Origin: Promethearchaeati archaeon | GTDB taxonomy: Archaea; Asgardarchaeota; Heimdallarchaeia; JABLTI01 | Length of the DNA stretch: 64,000 nucleotides | Assembly (NCBI GenBank): GCA_013166835.1 | Contig: JABLTI010000003.1 | Span: forward strand, 1-64,000 | Direction: 5' to 3' | Shown: positions 20,961 through 31,285 of the stretch, one piece after another | Layout of the letters: each line of letters starts with the position of its first letter | How positions within the stretch are numbered: position 1 is the first letter of the stretch | The notes under the pieces: model-generated | Seen by the model: only the letters and a program-made list of their open reading frames with translations | Told to the model about the DNA's origin: nothing | Databases searched by the model: none | Translations under genes and position numbers: made by a program

Positions 20961-21581
20961 CTATTTTGGATGACGAATCATAACCCAATGGGGAATTTCT
21001 GTATTAGGTATTTTCTCTTTAGTAACGACTTCATACCCAAATCGTTTGTAGATTTCTACATTAGTTGGATTCTGTGTTTCTAGTAAGCTTGGTAATTTCT
21101 CGATATCGATTCTATTAAGCATTGTTCGTAAAAGCAAACTCCCGAAACCTTTACCTTGATGTTCTGGTGCAACACCTATAGGCGATAAATACCAATGTTT
21201 AAAGTTTCCATATTTGTTGTGCATTTCAGAAGAAAATCTGCCAATAGGCATCATTCTACTTATGTTGTCCTTTTTCAGTTTCAGATATAATTTCATACCA
21301 CCGGCTCTAAGCTGTTTAAACATGTTCATCACGTATTTATCACTAAGATACCAGATTGCTAGTCCCTCGATCTCAGGTGAAGGAGCATATATTTCACCGA
21401 ATTTTAATCCATATGAAACTGTAAAGTTGAAATAATGAGCTGATTGTTCCTTTCTAGTTTCATCGTCTGGAAACATATATTGTGTTAGAGGATCAGAATA
21501 AAATGCATCTGCTAGAACTTTAGCAGCTTTTTTGAGATCTCTTCTCTTTAATTTATACAAAGTAGTTTGATCTTTTTTCAT
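20961..21581 (-). CDS. GNAT N-acetyltransferase
   Basis: WYLSPIGVAPEHQGKGFG, LET..P.NV..Y.RFG. Confidence 0.9.
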   Translation of the reverse strand: MKKDQTTLYKLKRRDLKKAAKVLADAFYSDPLTQYMFPDDETRKEQSAHYFNFTVSYGLKFGEIYAPSPEIEGLAIWYLSDKYVMNMFKQLRAGGMKLYLKLKKDNISRMMPIGRFSSEMHNKYGNFKHWYLSPIGVAPEHQGKGFGSLLLRTMLNRIDIEKLPSLLETQNPTNVEIYKRFGYEVVTKEKIPNTEIPHWVMIRHPK

Positions 21582-21634
21582 GAATTCTATTAGTTCTCAT
21601 GATAATTAAGAGTAACTTTTCAAAGTAAATGTAA

Positions 21635-21745
21635 GTAGAAGAAACAATTGTGAAAGCTCATAATGAAGATCTAGTAGGTATGAAATTTATAGTTGTTAAT
21701 GAAATCGCTGACGGAAAAATCAAACGATTCTGGTGTGTACAATAA
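21635..21745 (+). pseudogene. Probable 3' remnant of a SnoaL/NTF2-like gene
   Basis: Translates VEETIVKAHNEDLVGMKFIVVNEIADGKIKRFWCVQ*; in-frame stop directly upstream. Confidence 0.4.
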
Positions 21746-21841
21746 CAAAGTAAATTACATGTTTTTGATATAATACTTATCAAAACAAGATTAGAAATAA
21801 TCCTTTTTACAAGTAATATTGAAGTTATCTAATTAATTCAA

Positions 21842-22774
21842 TTGGATTTGTTTAGAATGGAAGATCTGATCATTGCTTTACCATCAAGTTGCACAGAAAT
21901 TGAAACACCACTATTGATAGCAAGCATTCGAAAATTCGCAGGAAAGTTTGCTAATTCTCCGATATGGGTAGTTACTACAAAGAAGAATATAGAAATTCCA
22001 AGTAAAATGATTGATTTCTTTAATTCTATGAATGTTACTATAATTTATCTCAATGATACTTCAGATGTTATAAAATTGCCTTTTATTGGCTTCACTCAAT
22101 GTGCAGCAAAAGCAGAATCATTAGCTAAAGGAAAAACGAAATTTTTGGTTTGGCTAGGAACAAATTCGCTGGTAATTAACGAACCAGATGAATTTATCTT
22201 AGCTGATGGTATTAACTTGGGTTATAGACCTGTTCATCATACACTAATTGGTTCACTTTACGACAAACCAATTGATGCTTTCTGGGAAATGATCTATCAG
22301 AAATGCAATGTTGATGAAAACAAAGTCTTCCCAATGAAAACTCACATCGATGGAAATACCCTTCGTCCATACATTAATTCAGGTTTCTTGATTGTTAGAC
22401 CAGAAAAACAATTCCTACAAACATGGGCAGAACATTACAAAAATATGATTTATGATGAAGATATCGAAGATTTCTTCAGAAAAGATGAACTCTATACCAT
22501 CTTCACCCATCAAGCTGTTTTATCGAGTCTTTTCTTAACTGAATTTACGAAAGAAGAAACATATCAGTTACCTTTCGAATATTGTTATCCAATACATCTT
22601 TTTCACGAAAGCTTAGAAGTTTTACAACCAGAATCAATTAGTCAAATGATTACTTTTAGATTGTATATTGATAAATTGCTAAATCCAGAATGGAGAGCTA
22701 GCATACCAATTGATGAGCCTTTGAAAACATGGTTTGAAAATAAACTGGAAGAATATACAGAACTAACAAAATAG
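21842..22774 (+). CDS. GT8-like glycosyltransferase-fold protein with degenerate DxD
   Basis: SIRKFAG, LVWLGTNSLVINEP, YINSGFLIVRP, HQAVLS. Confidence 0.5.
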   Translation: MDLFRMEDLIIALPSSCTEIETPLLIASIRKFAGKFANSPIWVVTTKKNIEIPSKMIDFFNSMNVTIIYLNDTSDVIKLPFIGFTQCAAKAESLAKGKTKFLVWLGTNSLVINEPDEFILADGINLGYRPVHHTLIGSLYDKPIDAFWEMIYQKCNVDENKVFPMKTHIDGNTLRPYINSGFLIVRPEKQFLQTWAEHYKNMIYDEDIEDFFRKDELYTIFTHQAVLSSLFLTEFTKEETYQLPFEYCYPIHLFHESLEVLQPESISQMITFRLYIDKLLNPEWRASIPIDEPLKTWFENKLEEYTELTK

Positions 22775-22826
22775 TAACGTTCTTGCTCACCAGATATTCT
22801 TTTATTTTGGAAATTATAGTTAATTT

Positions 22827-24023
22827 ATGAGAGTACTTTTACTTGGTGTAGGTTTACAAGGGATTGCTACATTACATGATCTTGCTAATTCAAAAGGAGT
22901 TAATGAGATTATAGCAGCAGATATTGAGATTGAAAATGTAAAAAAATTAGTTGCTCGAAAGCAATATACTAATGTATCTTATGAATTTCTTAATGCCAAT
23001 AAACAAGAGAATATTGATCAATTAATGGCTCAGAAACCAGATGTTGTTATAGATTTGTTGCCAGTAACTTTTATGGATAAAATTACAAAATCTGCAATTG
23101 ATCATGGTTTAAATTTGGTAAATACTTTTTACACATCTCCTTACTTGAGAAAAAACGCAGAGAAAGTTAAAGAAAAAGGAATAACTATTCTTCCTGAATT
23201 TGGTTTTGATCCAGGAATTGATTTAGTAATTCTAGGAGAAGCAAGGAAGGGATTAGAAGATATTGAATTAATTAACAGTTATGGTGCTGGAATTCCTGAA
23301 GCTATAGCTTGTAATAATCCTCTGAATTACAAAGTTACTTGGACTTTTGAAGGTGTATTAAGATCATATTTCAGAAAAGGAATTCTAATTAAAAATGGAA
23401 AAATCGTTGAAATAGAAGAAAATAAGATGTTTCATCCAAATAATATTCATGAAGTTATCATAAAAGGGGTTGGAAAATTAGAAGCTATTCCAAATGGTGA
23501 TGCCGTTAAATATTTAGAATTAATTGGTATAAAAAAGGGTTCCAAAGAATATAAAATGATTAAAGAAATGGGTAGGTATTCAATGCGTTGGCCTGGTCAT
23601 TCCTCATTATGGAAGACTCTTGTCGATTTACATTTCCTTGACAACGAACCTATTATTATAAATAATAATGAAATTAACAGGCGGAAATTCATTTCTAAAA
23701 TAATTGAACCTCATATCCAACTCCAACCTCATGAAAGAGACTTGGCAATTATCCGAGTTGAATTAATTGGTGAAAAAGAAGGTAAAAGAACTCGAGTAAT
23801 TTATGATATGGTTGATAAAAGAGATCTAAAAACAGGCTTTACAGCTATGAGTCGAACTGTTGGATTTACTGCTAGTATAGGTGCTCAATTAGTAGGCTTA
23901 GGAAAAATAACCAAAAAAGGTCTATTATCCCCGGTAAATGATATTCCATTTAACATACTAAATGATGAACTAAAAAAGAGAAATATTATAATTAATTCAT
24001 CAACTGAAATTCTTACTTCGTAA
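22827..24023 (+). CDS. Saccharopine dehydrogenase/lysine 6-dehydrogenase family
   Basis: LGVGLQG Rossmann motif, GFDPG, PLNYKVTW, MRWPGH, TAMSRTVG. Confidence 0.88.
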   Translation: MRVLLLGVGLQGIATLHDLANSKGVNEIIAADIEIENVKKLVARKQYTNVSYEFLNANKQENIDQLMAQKPDVVIDLLPVTFMDKITKSAIDHGLNLVNTFYTSPYLRKNAEKVKEKGITILPEFGFDPGIDLVILGEARKGLEDIELINSYGAGIPEAIACNNPLNYKVTWTFEGVLRSYFRKGILIKNGKIVEIEENKMFHPNNIHEVIIKGVGKLEAIPNGDAVKYLELIGIKKGSKEYKMIKEMGRYSMRWPGHSSLWKTLVDLHFLDNEPIIINNNEINRRKFISKIIEPHIQLQPHERDLAIIRVELIGEKEGKRTRVIYDMVDKRDLKTGFTAMSRTVGFTASIGAQLVGLGKITKKGLLSPVNDIPFNILNDELKKRNIIINSSTEILTS

Positions 24024-24486
24024 TAGTTGACTCCTCAAAGGCAATCAACCATTTCTTTTTCTCAATTCCTCCCCCAAAGCCACGTAGTTTTCCATCACTA
24101 CCTATCACTCTATGACAAGGCACTATGATACTAATAGGATTCTTTGCATTCGCACTTCCTACTGCTCTTATGGCATTCTTATTTCCAATTCTATTAGCTA
24201 ATTCCTTGTAAGTTATTGTTTGGCCTAAAGGTATTATCTGTAATTCATTCCAAACTTTTACTTGAAAATCCGTTCCCAATAAATTTAAGCTAAGATTGAA
24301 TACTTGGAGTTTACCTAGGAAATAGTTTTCTAATTGCTCCAAGGCTTCTATCATAATTAGAGGCATATTTTTACTTGTTTCCCCTTTATTCTCAACAAAA
24401 ATGCATTTTAGAACACTAGTATCTGAGCTAACTAATTCAATATAACCAATTGGGGATTTGAAATATTCAGTGAATTCCTCACTCAT
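24013..24486 (-). CDS. ogt: Methylated-DNA-protein-cysteine methyltransferase
   Basis: GTDFQ..VW, RAVGSAN..NP, PCHRV active site. Confidence 0.95.
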   Translation of the reverse strand: MSEEFTEYFKSPIGYIELVSSDTSVLKCIFVENKGETSKNMPLIMIEALEQLENYFLGKLQVFNLSLNLLGTDFQVKVWNELQIIPLGQTITYKELANRIGNKNAIRAVGSANAKNPISIIVPCHRVIGSDGKLRGFGGGIEKKKWLIAFEESTITK

Positions 24487-25030
24487 TCATCTTTCTCCAA
24501 TCTCGTTGTAGAATATCCATTATAATTTCATCTTGATATTTGCCATCCATGAATCTACTTTCTCTTCTTCTACCAACTTCTTTAAAACTCAATTTCTTAT
24601 ACACATAAATGGCTCTTTTATTATTAGGATAAACGCTTAATTCAATACGATGCAAATTTTGGTAATTAAATCCAAAATCAAGTATTACGTTCATTGCATC
24701 TGTTCCATAACCCTTATCCCAATTTTCTTTACTATAGATCATTATTCCTAAATCTGCAGAACGAGCTCTATTTCGTTGAATGTATATTGAAGCATGACCT
24801 AGAAATTCGTTAGTATCTTTTCTTTCTATTGCAAAAATGTAAGCTTTCCCTTCACTTCTAAGTTTCCAAGAATTCTTAATAAAATCTTCTCTATCTTGCC
24901 TTGAATCAGGGATTGCACTTCCAATATTATGTCTGATGTCCAAATCATTCCAGTGTTCCATCATTGCATCTAAATCTGTTAACTCTAAGGATCTAAGTCT
25001 TACTTTCTCACCTTCAAACAAGTGAATCAC
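24479..25030 (-). CDS. GNAT acetyltransferase, RimJ/RimL family
   Basis: WDKGYGT, LHRIEL.V...N.RA..VY.K. Confidence 0.9.
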   Translation of the reverse strand: MIHLFEGEKVRLRSLELTDLDAMMEHWNDLDIRHNIGSAIPDSRQDREDFIKNSWKLRSEGKAYIFAIERKDTNEFLGHASIYIQRNRARSADLGIMIYSKENWDKGYGTDAMNVILDFGFNYQNLHRIELSVYPNNKRAIYVYKKLSFKEVGRRRESRFMDGKYQDEIIMDILQRDWRKMNE

Positions 25031-25045
25031 CTTTGCTTAATTATT

Positions 25046-25942
25046 CTAATCAATGAAGATGTTCTTCGGGAGAACCGCTCGAACTCCGGGAGTAATATCC
25101 ACGAATTGACTTACTCTGAAATCCACAGCACAACTACAAAGAGCATATGCTTCTTCTCGAGTGAGATTTTTCTCCACTACAAGCCAATGAATCATATCTC
25201 TGAGTGCTTGTTTTGCAGCATCATCTGCAGTTTCACCCCAAGCTGTTGTCATGAAGTATTCATCTGTTTCATATTGTGGCCGTTTAATTTTCTTCTTTTT
25301 ATTAACTACTAGTTTAATTGTAACGTTTGCATCTATTTCAACTGCTGTACCACAGACTTCTCCATCACCTTGTACTGCATGAACATCTCCAACACCGAAA
25401 AGTGCACCTTCAACAAATATTGGTAAATAAACAATAGTCCCAACTCTACATGCCTTAGAATCCATATTGCCGCCATATTCTTTGGGAATTAATGTGCCAT
25501 GAGACCCCTCAGGAGGAGCTACAATTATTGTTCCAGGGAAAGGATCAATTGGAATCTTTATCTTATCACTGAATTCAGCAAATCCATCCTTTATCGGTAT
25601 AATTCTTGTCCATGGTTCAGGATAATCCTCATGTATAAAACCAAAATTAGGTATTATGCAACAGGATCCTTGTTCCGCTAAATCTATTTTCTCTATATGA
25701 ACTTCAAGAGTGTCACCAGGTTCTGCTCCTTCAACAAATACTGGTCCAGTTGCAGGATTAATGTGGTCCATATCGAAATTAATTGGTAAATCCTCTGGTT
25801 TCTGAATTACTTGATTGAATGCATCACGACATTCAAAAATAACCGTTTCTCCAGACTTGATTGTAAGAACTGGTTTATTCTCTCTATCTGCTTTGAAAAC
25901 AACATCTTTCATAGATACTCTGTGAATTTTTTCTTTTGGCAT
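25046..25942 (-). CDS. Acetamidase/formamidase family protein
   Basis: NPATGP..VEGAEPGD, GGNMD, GDVHAVQGDGEV. Confidence 0.93.
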   Translation of the reverse strand: MPKEKIHRVSMKDVVFKADRENKPVLTIKSGETVIFECRDAFNQVIQKPEDLPINFDMDHINPATGPVFVEGAEPGDTLEVHIEKIDLAEQGSCCIIPNFGFIHEDYPEPWTRIIPIKDGFAEFSDKIKIPIDPFPGTIIVAPPEGSHGTLIPKEYGGNMDSKACRVGTIVYLPIFVEGALFGVGDVHAVQGDGEVCGTAVEIDANVTIKLVVNKKKKIKRPQYETDEYFMTTAWGETADDAAKQALRDMIHWLVVEKNLTREEAYALCSCAVDFRVSQFVDITPGVRAVLPKNIFID

Positions 25943-26045
25943 TTCAATCAGTAATAATGAGAATATATTGAAATAAAAATATTACATTGATATAAGTTTC
26001 AAATAAAGCGATTAAATTTATTAAGTCTATAAATTTTGTATCTTT

Positions 26046-26804
26046 ATGAAAGAGATTTATGAGATGCAAGTAAAGCCAAGAGCTTTAGACATAACTGTAG
26101 ATGAAGAAGTGAGATTCACAGCAATAGTAGATTATTTACAATTAATTGCTTACGAACATGCGTATAATCTTGAATTGAGTTTCCAGCAGACTTTCAAAAA
26201 AAATTTGACTTGGTATTTGCTTAGAAATTATATTGAAATGCACAAATATCCAAAGTTAAATGATTTATTAACAGTCCGATCTTGGGTTGCTCACAGCGAG
26301 AGTGATATGTATTCCTTAAGGGATTTTCAAATTCTAGATGAATCAGGAAAGCTAGTCTGTAGTGCAACTACTAGTTGGATTTTGTATCATTTCATAAAAA
26401 AACGACCTGTCAGCTATATAGCTCATTTTTCTGATAGACCATTCCGACATGAGCGATCAGTTGTTTATGACTTTCCAAAATTAGAATTACCAGAAAAAAT
26501 TGATGAAAAAGTGGAATTGACAGTAAGACGATCAGATCTTGACCTCAATAAACATGTAAATAATAGGGTGTATCTAGAATGGGTTATTGAAAGCATGCCA
26601 AAGAAGTATATAGAGAAATATCGTATTTCTAAATTTGAAATCAGCTTCAAAGGACAAGCATTCCACAAAGACAAAGTTTTAGTGGAAACAGAAATTAAAA
26701 AACTGGCAAAAAAAGAAGATGGAATTGTAGCAATTAGCAAAATAAGTAAAATGAAAAAAGGAGAATTGTTAACTAAAGTGAAATCCTATTGGAAATCAAT
26801 TTAG
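26046..26804 (+). CDS. Acyl-ACP thioesterase (double hot-dog, FatA/FatB-like)
   Basis: SDLDLNKHVNNRVYLEW catalytic motif; SLRDF. Confidence 0.88.
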   Translation: MKEIYEMQVKPRALDITVDEEVRFTAIVDYLQLIAYEHAYNLELSFQQTFKKNLTWYLLRNYIEMHKYPKLNDLLTVRSWVAHSESDMYSLRDFQILDESGKLVCSATTSWILYHFIKKRPVSYIAHFSDRPFRHERSVVYDFPKLELPEKIDEKVELTVRRSDLDLNKHVNNRVYLEWVIESMPKKYIEKYRISKFEISFKGQAFHKDKVLVETEIKKLAKKEDGIVAISKISKMKKGELLTKVKSYWKSI

Positions 26805-27391
26805 TTTTGCTTTTCGTGAAAAGCTTTTTCTCCGTATTCGAAAGCTCTTTTATTGGATTCGACAGTCTCTGGTGGAACCATATCCAAGATGGTATTTAGT
26901 AGAGTGTCTCGTTTTATCGGTAATTCTTCTGATGATGCTAAACTTCCAAGCATAACAACATTTGTCATAACTTGAGATCCTGCTTTAATTGCTAGTTTTG
27001 AGGCTTCTATCTCGACTAATTCTTGTGTCTCACTAAGTCTTGAAACAATTTCGTCTATTTCTGGGTAATTGGATAAGCCAAGATGGGCATCAACACCAAT
27101 GTATGGTTCATTGTTTAAGAGTACTTTCGCATTATCCTTCATTAATTTCATTTGTCTTAATGCTTCAAGTGGTTCAAAAGCAAGAAGAATGTCACCACTT
27201 CTTTGAGGCATGATAACGCCTTTAGCATCAGAACCAATTCGTAAGTAGGAGACAACAGTTCCACCTCGAATTGCTAAACCATGAGAAGCTCCAATTCTAA
27301 CATTAAAACCTTCTTTCATAGCAGCTTGAGCAAGAATTCTTGTAGTAAGAATGATGCCGTTTCCACCAACGCCACAAATTATTATATTCAT
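26801..27391 (-). CDS. iorB: Indolepyruvate:ferredoxin oxidoreductase beta subunit
   Basis: GVGGNG, HGLAIRGG.V, FEPLEALR; overlaps the iorA stop. Confidence 0.9.
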   Translation of the reverse strand: MNIIICGVGGNGIILTTRILAQAAMKEGFNVRIGASHGLAIRGGTVVSYLRIGSDAKGVIMPQRSGDILLAFEPLEALRQMKLMKDNAKVLLNNEPYIGVDAHLGLSNYPEIDEIVSRLSETQELVEIEASKLAIKAGSQVMTNVVMLGSLASSEELPIKRDTLLNTILDMVPPETVESNKRAFEYGEKAFHEKQN

Positions 27392-29349
27392 CTTCCAGCA
27401 ACCACCTGTTTTGTTTTTAAGGGAATTTGTTCTTCCCTTGGAATTGAAATAGCTTGCTTAGGACAGACTTGGACACAAAGTGCACAACCATTACAATTGG
27501 GTAATATTACTAGATGTTCATTTTCGCCACTTGATGACCAACCGAATGCAGGACAACCAAGTTTCTTCATACAGACCTTACAACCCGTGCAAATTTCTGC
27601 AGCTACTCTGGCTCTAGTTACTTTTTCTTTGGTAATTCGACGTTCTCTTCCAGCAAGAATGGCACATTCTCCACGAGAGATTATTACCTTGGGTCCTTCA
27701 TCTTCGATATGTCTAGTTATTGTATCTTGGAGAAGTTCGGTGTGAAATGATTCAACAACTTTGACATTCTCAATACCAAGACCGTTAACAATATTAGCCA
27801 AATCAACCTCAGGAGTCGGGTCACCCATTAAATTACGGCCTGTGCAAGCATTGGGTTGATGTCCTGTCATTCCGGTTATCGAATTATCAAAAATAATAAC
27901 AGTTATCTTTGATCTGTGCTGTACAGCATTCAAAAGTGATGGTATGCCTGAATGCAAGAATGTCCCATCTCCTATCACAGCTAAGATTGGTTCTTTCACC
28001 CCTGATTGGTACATACCAGAAGCCATAGCTATTGAAGCTCCCATACAAATACAGGTATCAATTCCTGCTATTGGTTCATGAACTCCTTGATTGTAACACC
28101 CTCTATCTCCCAGTATTACTCCACCTTTCTTGTTTTTTCTAAGGGCCTCCTTTATTGAGTAATAAGTTGCTCTATGAGGACATCCCGCGCATAGTGCTGG
28201 GACTCTCTTTGTGAGCATATCTTCTACTTCTAAGTATGGTTTAGTTAATTCCTCACTAAACTTAACTTTGAATAGCTTCTCAATTCCTCCCCCTACAAGA
28301 TCAGGATTCAATTCTCCAGTGCGAGGCATAGTCTGGTCTTCTTTTCCATGTATTATTACCTCTATACCTTCTCTTTGAGCAAAAGCTCTTATTTGCATTT
28401 CAGTTACCGGTTCACATTCTTCTACAATCAGAACTTTTTCAAGTCCTTTAAAGTAATCATTTAAGAGTTGTTTTGGTAGAGGATATGTGGTTGCTAATTT
28501 TAGCACTTTTGCACTGATTTTTGTTTTCTCTAATACTTCTTCTACATAAGGATAAGTTAGTCCAGAAGCAATAATACCAAATTCTGTTTTAAATGGATTA
28601 GTTTTTGTTGTTATTTCTCCTTTGTCTATTAAGATTACTTTATTCCAAGGATTTGATTCGTTAATCACTGCTGCTCTGTTAATTTTTTCAGATAATATGG
28701 GTTGCCTTGCTCGAGACAAAGTGGAAATCATCACATATCTCTTTGGATCTTTTTCGAAATGTCCTTCTCTTCTCGGAGGAGTAATTTCTCCAAATGTTAC
28801 ATCAAAATAAGAATGACAAATCCTTGAGGTTATTCTTACAAAAACTGGTAATTGAAGTTCCTCAGACAGTTCAAAAGCATATTTCGTCATATCTTTTGCC
28901 TCTTGACCATCCATTGGTTCAAGAACAGGGATTTTCCCTAACATTCCAAAATATCTTGTGTCTTCTGCATTTTGCGAAGAGTGTTGCCCGGGATCATCAG
29001 CAGTTACTACTACCAAACCACCATTGACTCCAGTTATGGCTATTACAAGCAAAGGATCAGCGATTAAATTCACCCCAAGCATCTTTGTAACCATGACTGA
29101 CCGAACACCTGCAAGTGCAGATCCTGCTGCAACTTCAAATGCAACAGCTTCATTAACTGAATGTTCTGCATGAAAACCTAATTGATGCGCAAGTGGTCCG
29201 AGATTATCAAGTATCTGAGTTGATGGTGTCCCAGGAAAAGCTGTTGTTATTCCTGCTCCTGCTTCTATAATTCCTCTTGCAATTGCTTCATTACCTGTTA
29301 ATAAAACTCTTTCACCTGCATCTCTTAGCAGGTTTTTATTGACTTTCAT
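27388..29349 (-). CDS. iorA: Indolepyruvate:ferredoxin oxidoreductase alpha subunit
   Basis: GNEAIARG, PGTPS, DDPG.HSSQN, LCAGCPHR, GDGTF.H, C-terminal ferredoxin. Confidence 0.95.
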   Translation of the reverse strand: MKVNKNLLRDAGERVLLTGNEAIARGIIEAGAGITTAFPGTPSTQILDNLGPLAHQLGFHAEHSVNEAVAFEVAAGSALAGVRSVMVTKMLGVNLIADPLLVIAITGVNGGLVVVTADDPGQHSSQNAEDTRYFGMLGKIPVLEPMDGQEAKDMTKYAFELSEELQLPVFVRITSRICHSYFDVTFGEITPPRREGHFEKDPKRYVMISTLSRARQPILSEKINRAAVINESNPWNKVILIDKGEITTKTNPFKTEFGIIASGLTYPYVEEVLEKTKISAKVLKLATTYPLPKQLLNDYFKGLEKVLIVEECEPVTEMQIRAFAQREGIEVIIHGKEDQTMPRTGELNPDLVGGGIEKLFKVKFSEELTKPYLEVEDMLTKRVPALCAGCPHRATYYSIKEALRKNKKGGVILGDRGCYNQGVHEPIAGIDTCICMGASIAMASGMYQSGVKEPILAVIGDGTFLHSGIPSLLNAVQHRSKITVIIFDNSITGMTGHQPNACTGRNLMGDPTPEVDLANIVNGLGIENVKVVESFHTELLQDTITRHIEDEGPKVIISRGECAILAGRERRITKEKVTRARVAAEICTGCKVCMKKLGCPAFGWSSSGENEHLVILPNCNGCALCVQVCPKQAISIPREEQIPLKTKQVVAGR

Positions 29350-29433
29350 ATATTACTACCTCACTGTTTTTTTTATGAAGCGGTTAGGATATATTCGTCT
29401 TGGATCAATGCTCTAACAGAATGGTTCTTTGAG

Positions 29434-29712
29434 TTATAGGTCAATTGCTAATGAAGAAATCCATCTTACCTTTTCCTTTCTATGCCATTTTTTAATTTCT
29501 TCAATTTTTACTTTGTAAAATCCACCTTTGAGTCCTAACCCAATTTTTTTGAGCAATGCTTCTTTTGTTATGAAAAGCAGTGTATGTAAAAGCTTTTCTG
29601 TTAAATCGTAGCTTTTCTTTGCTGCCTTTAATACGTTTTGACTTTTTCCCGTAAAAGGTTTCTTTAAAATGAAGATTTTCTTTGTGCAGTTTGCTAGAAA
29701 AACTAATTTCAT
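29434..29712 (-). pseudogene. Short ORF resembling a degenerate 4'-phosphopantetheinyl transferase
   Basis: FITKEALLKKIGLGL resembles the (W/F)xxKEAxxKAxGxG motif; GxDxE motif absent; TAATG coupling to the upstream gene. Confidence 0.4.
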
Positions 29713-30611
29713 TAAATATTTAAAATCTCTTTAGCAATTCTCATTGCACATCTTATTCCTTGACCTGAAGAAATAGATATTTGTCTTTCAATTTTATTTA
29801 CCAAATCGCCTATAAAATAAACTCGATTTTCTTTAACAAACTTGTCAAATTTCACTTCTGAGAGGATATGATTTTGATCTCGTCCAACTGCAACAAGAAT
29901 AAAATCTGCTACTATTTCCTCTTTACTCTTAGTCTTCACAATAGGGAGTATTTCTTCCTTTTCTTTTTTTGCAGAGAATTCTTTGATATCTTGATTTGCT
30001 TTAATTGTGATGAACTTGTTATCAGTAGCTCTTTGAACTAGTAAAGGTAAAGATTTGTAATCTTTTGTTCGAGTAATTATTGTAATATGATTCTCCCTAT
30101 TCGCTAGATTTATTGCATAATCAAATGCAGCATCGCCACTTCCAATAATGGCAATTTTCTTGTTAAAGAATAATTTCTCAAGCATTTTTGCAGGTTCATA
30201 GAATAACAACCCGTTTTCCCGTAATTCCTCTTCTCCTTTAAAATTCAGTCTTCTAGGCTTAGTTCCGGTTGCTATTACAAGATATTGACAATTATATTGA
30301 TTCTTTTTGGACTTGGCAATAAATTCATCTTGTGATTTATCAAAAGAAAGACTGATTATTTCATCTTTCACAGTTTCAATTTCTAAATACTTAAGATGTT
30401 CCTCGAGTGTATAACAAAATTCTACCCCAGAGATGCCTTTTGGAAAACCCAAATAATTCTCTATGAGATTTGCATTTCTTGCTAATCCACCAATCTTTTC
30501 CTTATCAATTAGAATAACATCTAGTCCATAGCGTTTCAATTGAACAGCAGCTGCGCATCCCGCTGGTCCTGCACCAATTACTGTTATCTGATTTTTCTTA
30601 TTTACCATCAT
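29712..30611 (-). CDS. TrxB-like FAD/NAD(P)H oxidoreductase lacking CxxC
   Basis: IGAGPAG, ENYLGFP, IATG, IGSGDAA, IGD; LLFYEP where the redox CxxC normally sits; start moved to ATG 30611. Confidence 0.85.
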   Translation of the reverse strand: MMVNKKNQITVIGAGPAGCAAAVQLKRYGLDVILIDKEKIGGLARNANLIENYLGFPKGISGVEFCYTLEEHLKYLEIETVKDEIISLSFDKSQDEFIAKSKKNQYNCQYLVIATGTKPRRLNFKGEEELRENGLLFYEPAKMLEKLFFNKKIAIIGSGDAAFDYAINLANRENHITIITRTKDYKSLPLLVQRATDNKFITIKANQDIKEFSAKKEKEEILPIVKTKSKEEIVADFILVAVGRDQNHILSEVKFDKFVKENRVYFIGDLVNKIERQISISSGQGIRCAMRIAKEILNI

Positions 30612-31269
30612 TTTTTCTCTCCAGAAGTTCATTGCTGGTGACTGGTATTCCGAATCCATGACTAGCTGCTTTCAGAGTATTGAGATGAAGTTCTTCAGTA
30701 TAGGTTGCTAGGCAATCTATCGGTAAGAAGACTTCGAAGTCATAACAGAAAGCACTTCTAGCTGTCGTTTCACAACATAAATGAGTTGCTACACCGGCAA
30801 TTATTACTTGTTTACAATCACTTTCTATTAATAAATTCAACAAATTTGTATCTCTAAAGCAATCATAGGTACTTTTCTCAAGAACAACAGCATCTATTGT
30901 ATCAAATCTAGGATCTATTTTTGCTAATGGATCACTACTTTTCAAAGAATCTCCCCACCATTTATCCATAATGGATGTATCCTCAGAACTAGCTTTTAAT
31001 CCATATTTAGTGAAAACTACTAGTTTGTTATTCTCAGTGAAAAATTTTTGCAGTCTCTTTATTGGGTCAATAATCGCTTCAGAAGCTGGAAGATATGCAT
31101 GTGATTTTGGAGTGAGGAAAAACTCTTGCATATCAATAATTAGTAAAGCTGCTTTCTGAATGTCAAAATTAAATTCTCTTTTTGAGGAATAGAACTGCTC
31201 AAGAATTTCTTTCCATTCAGAGATTTTTCCTTTCCTATTTTCTTGGGTGAAATATTTTTCTTTTTTCAC
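30598..31269 (-). CDS. Isochorismatase-family cysteine hydrolase
   Basis: LLIIDMQ, EK..YD.F, GVATHLCCETTAR; GTG start at 31269 with AGGTGAGG RBS. Confidence 0.9.
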   Translation of the reverse strand: MKKEKYFTQENRKGKISEWKEILEQFYSSKREFNFDIQKAALLIIDMQEFFLTPKSHAYLPASEAIIDPIKRLQKFFTENNKLVVFTKYGLKASSEDTSIMDKWWGDSLKSSDPLAKIDPRFDTIDAVVLEKSTYDCFRDTNLLNLLIESDCKQVIIAGVATHLCCETTARSAFCYDFEVFLPIDCLATYTEELHLNTLKAASHGFGIPVTSNELLERKNDGK

Positions 31270-31285
31270 TACCCTCACCTTATAT

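Noticed and set aside
29712-30611. Calling this gene thioredoxin reductase trxB
   Set aside because: No CxxC redox motif
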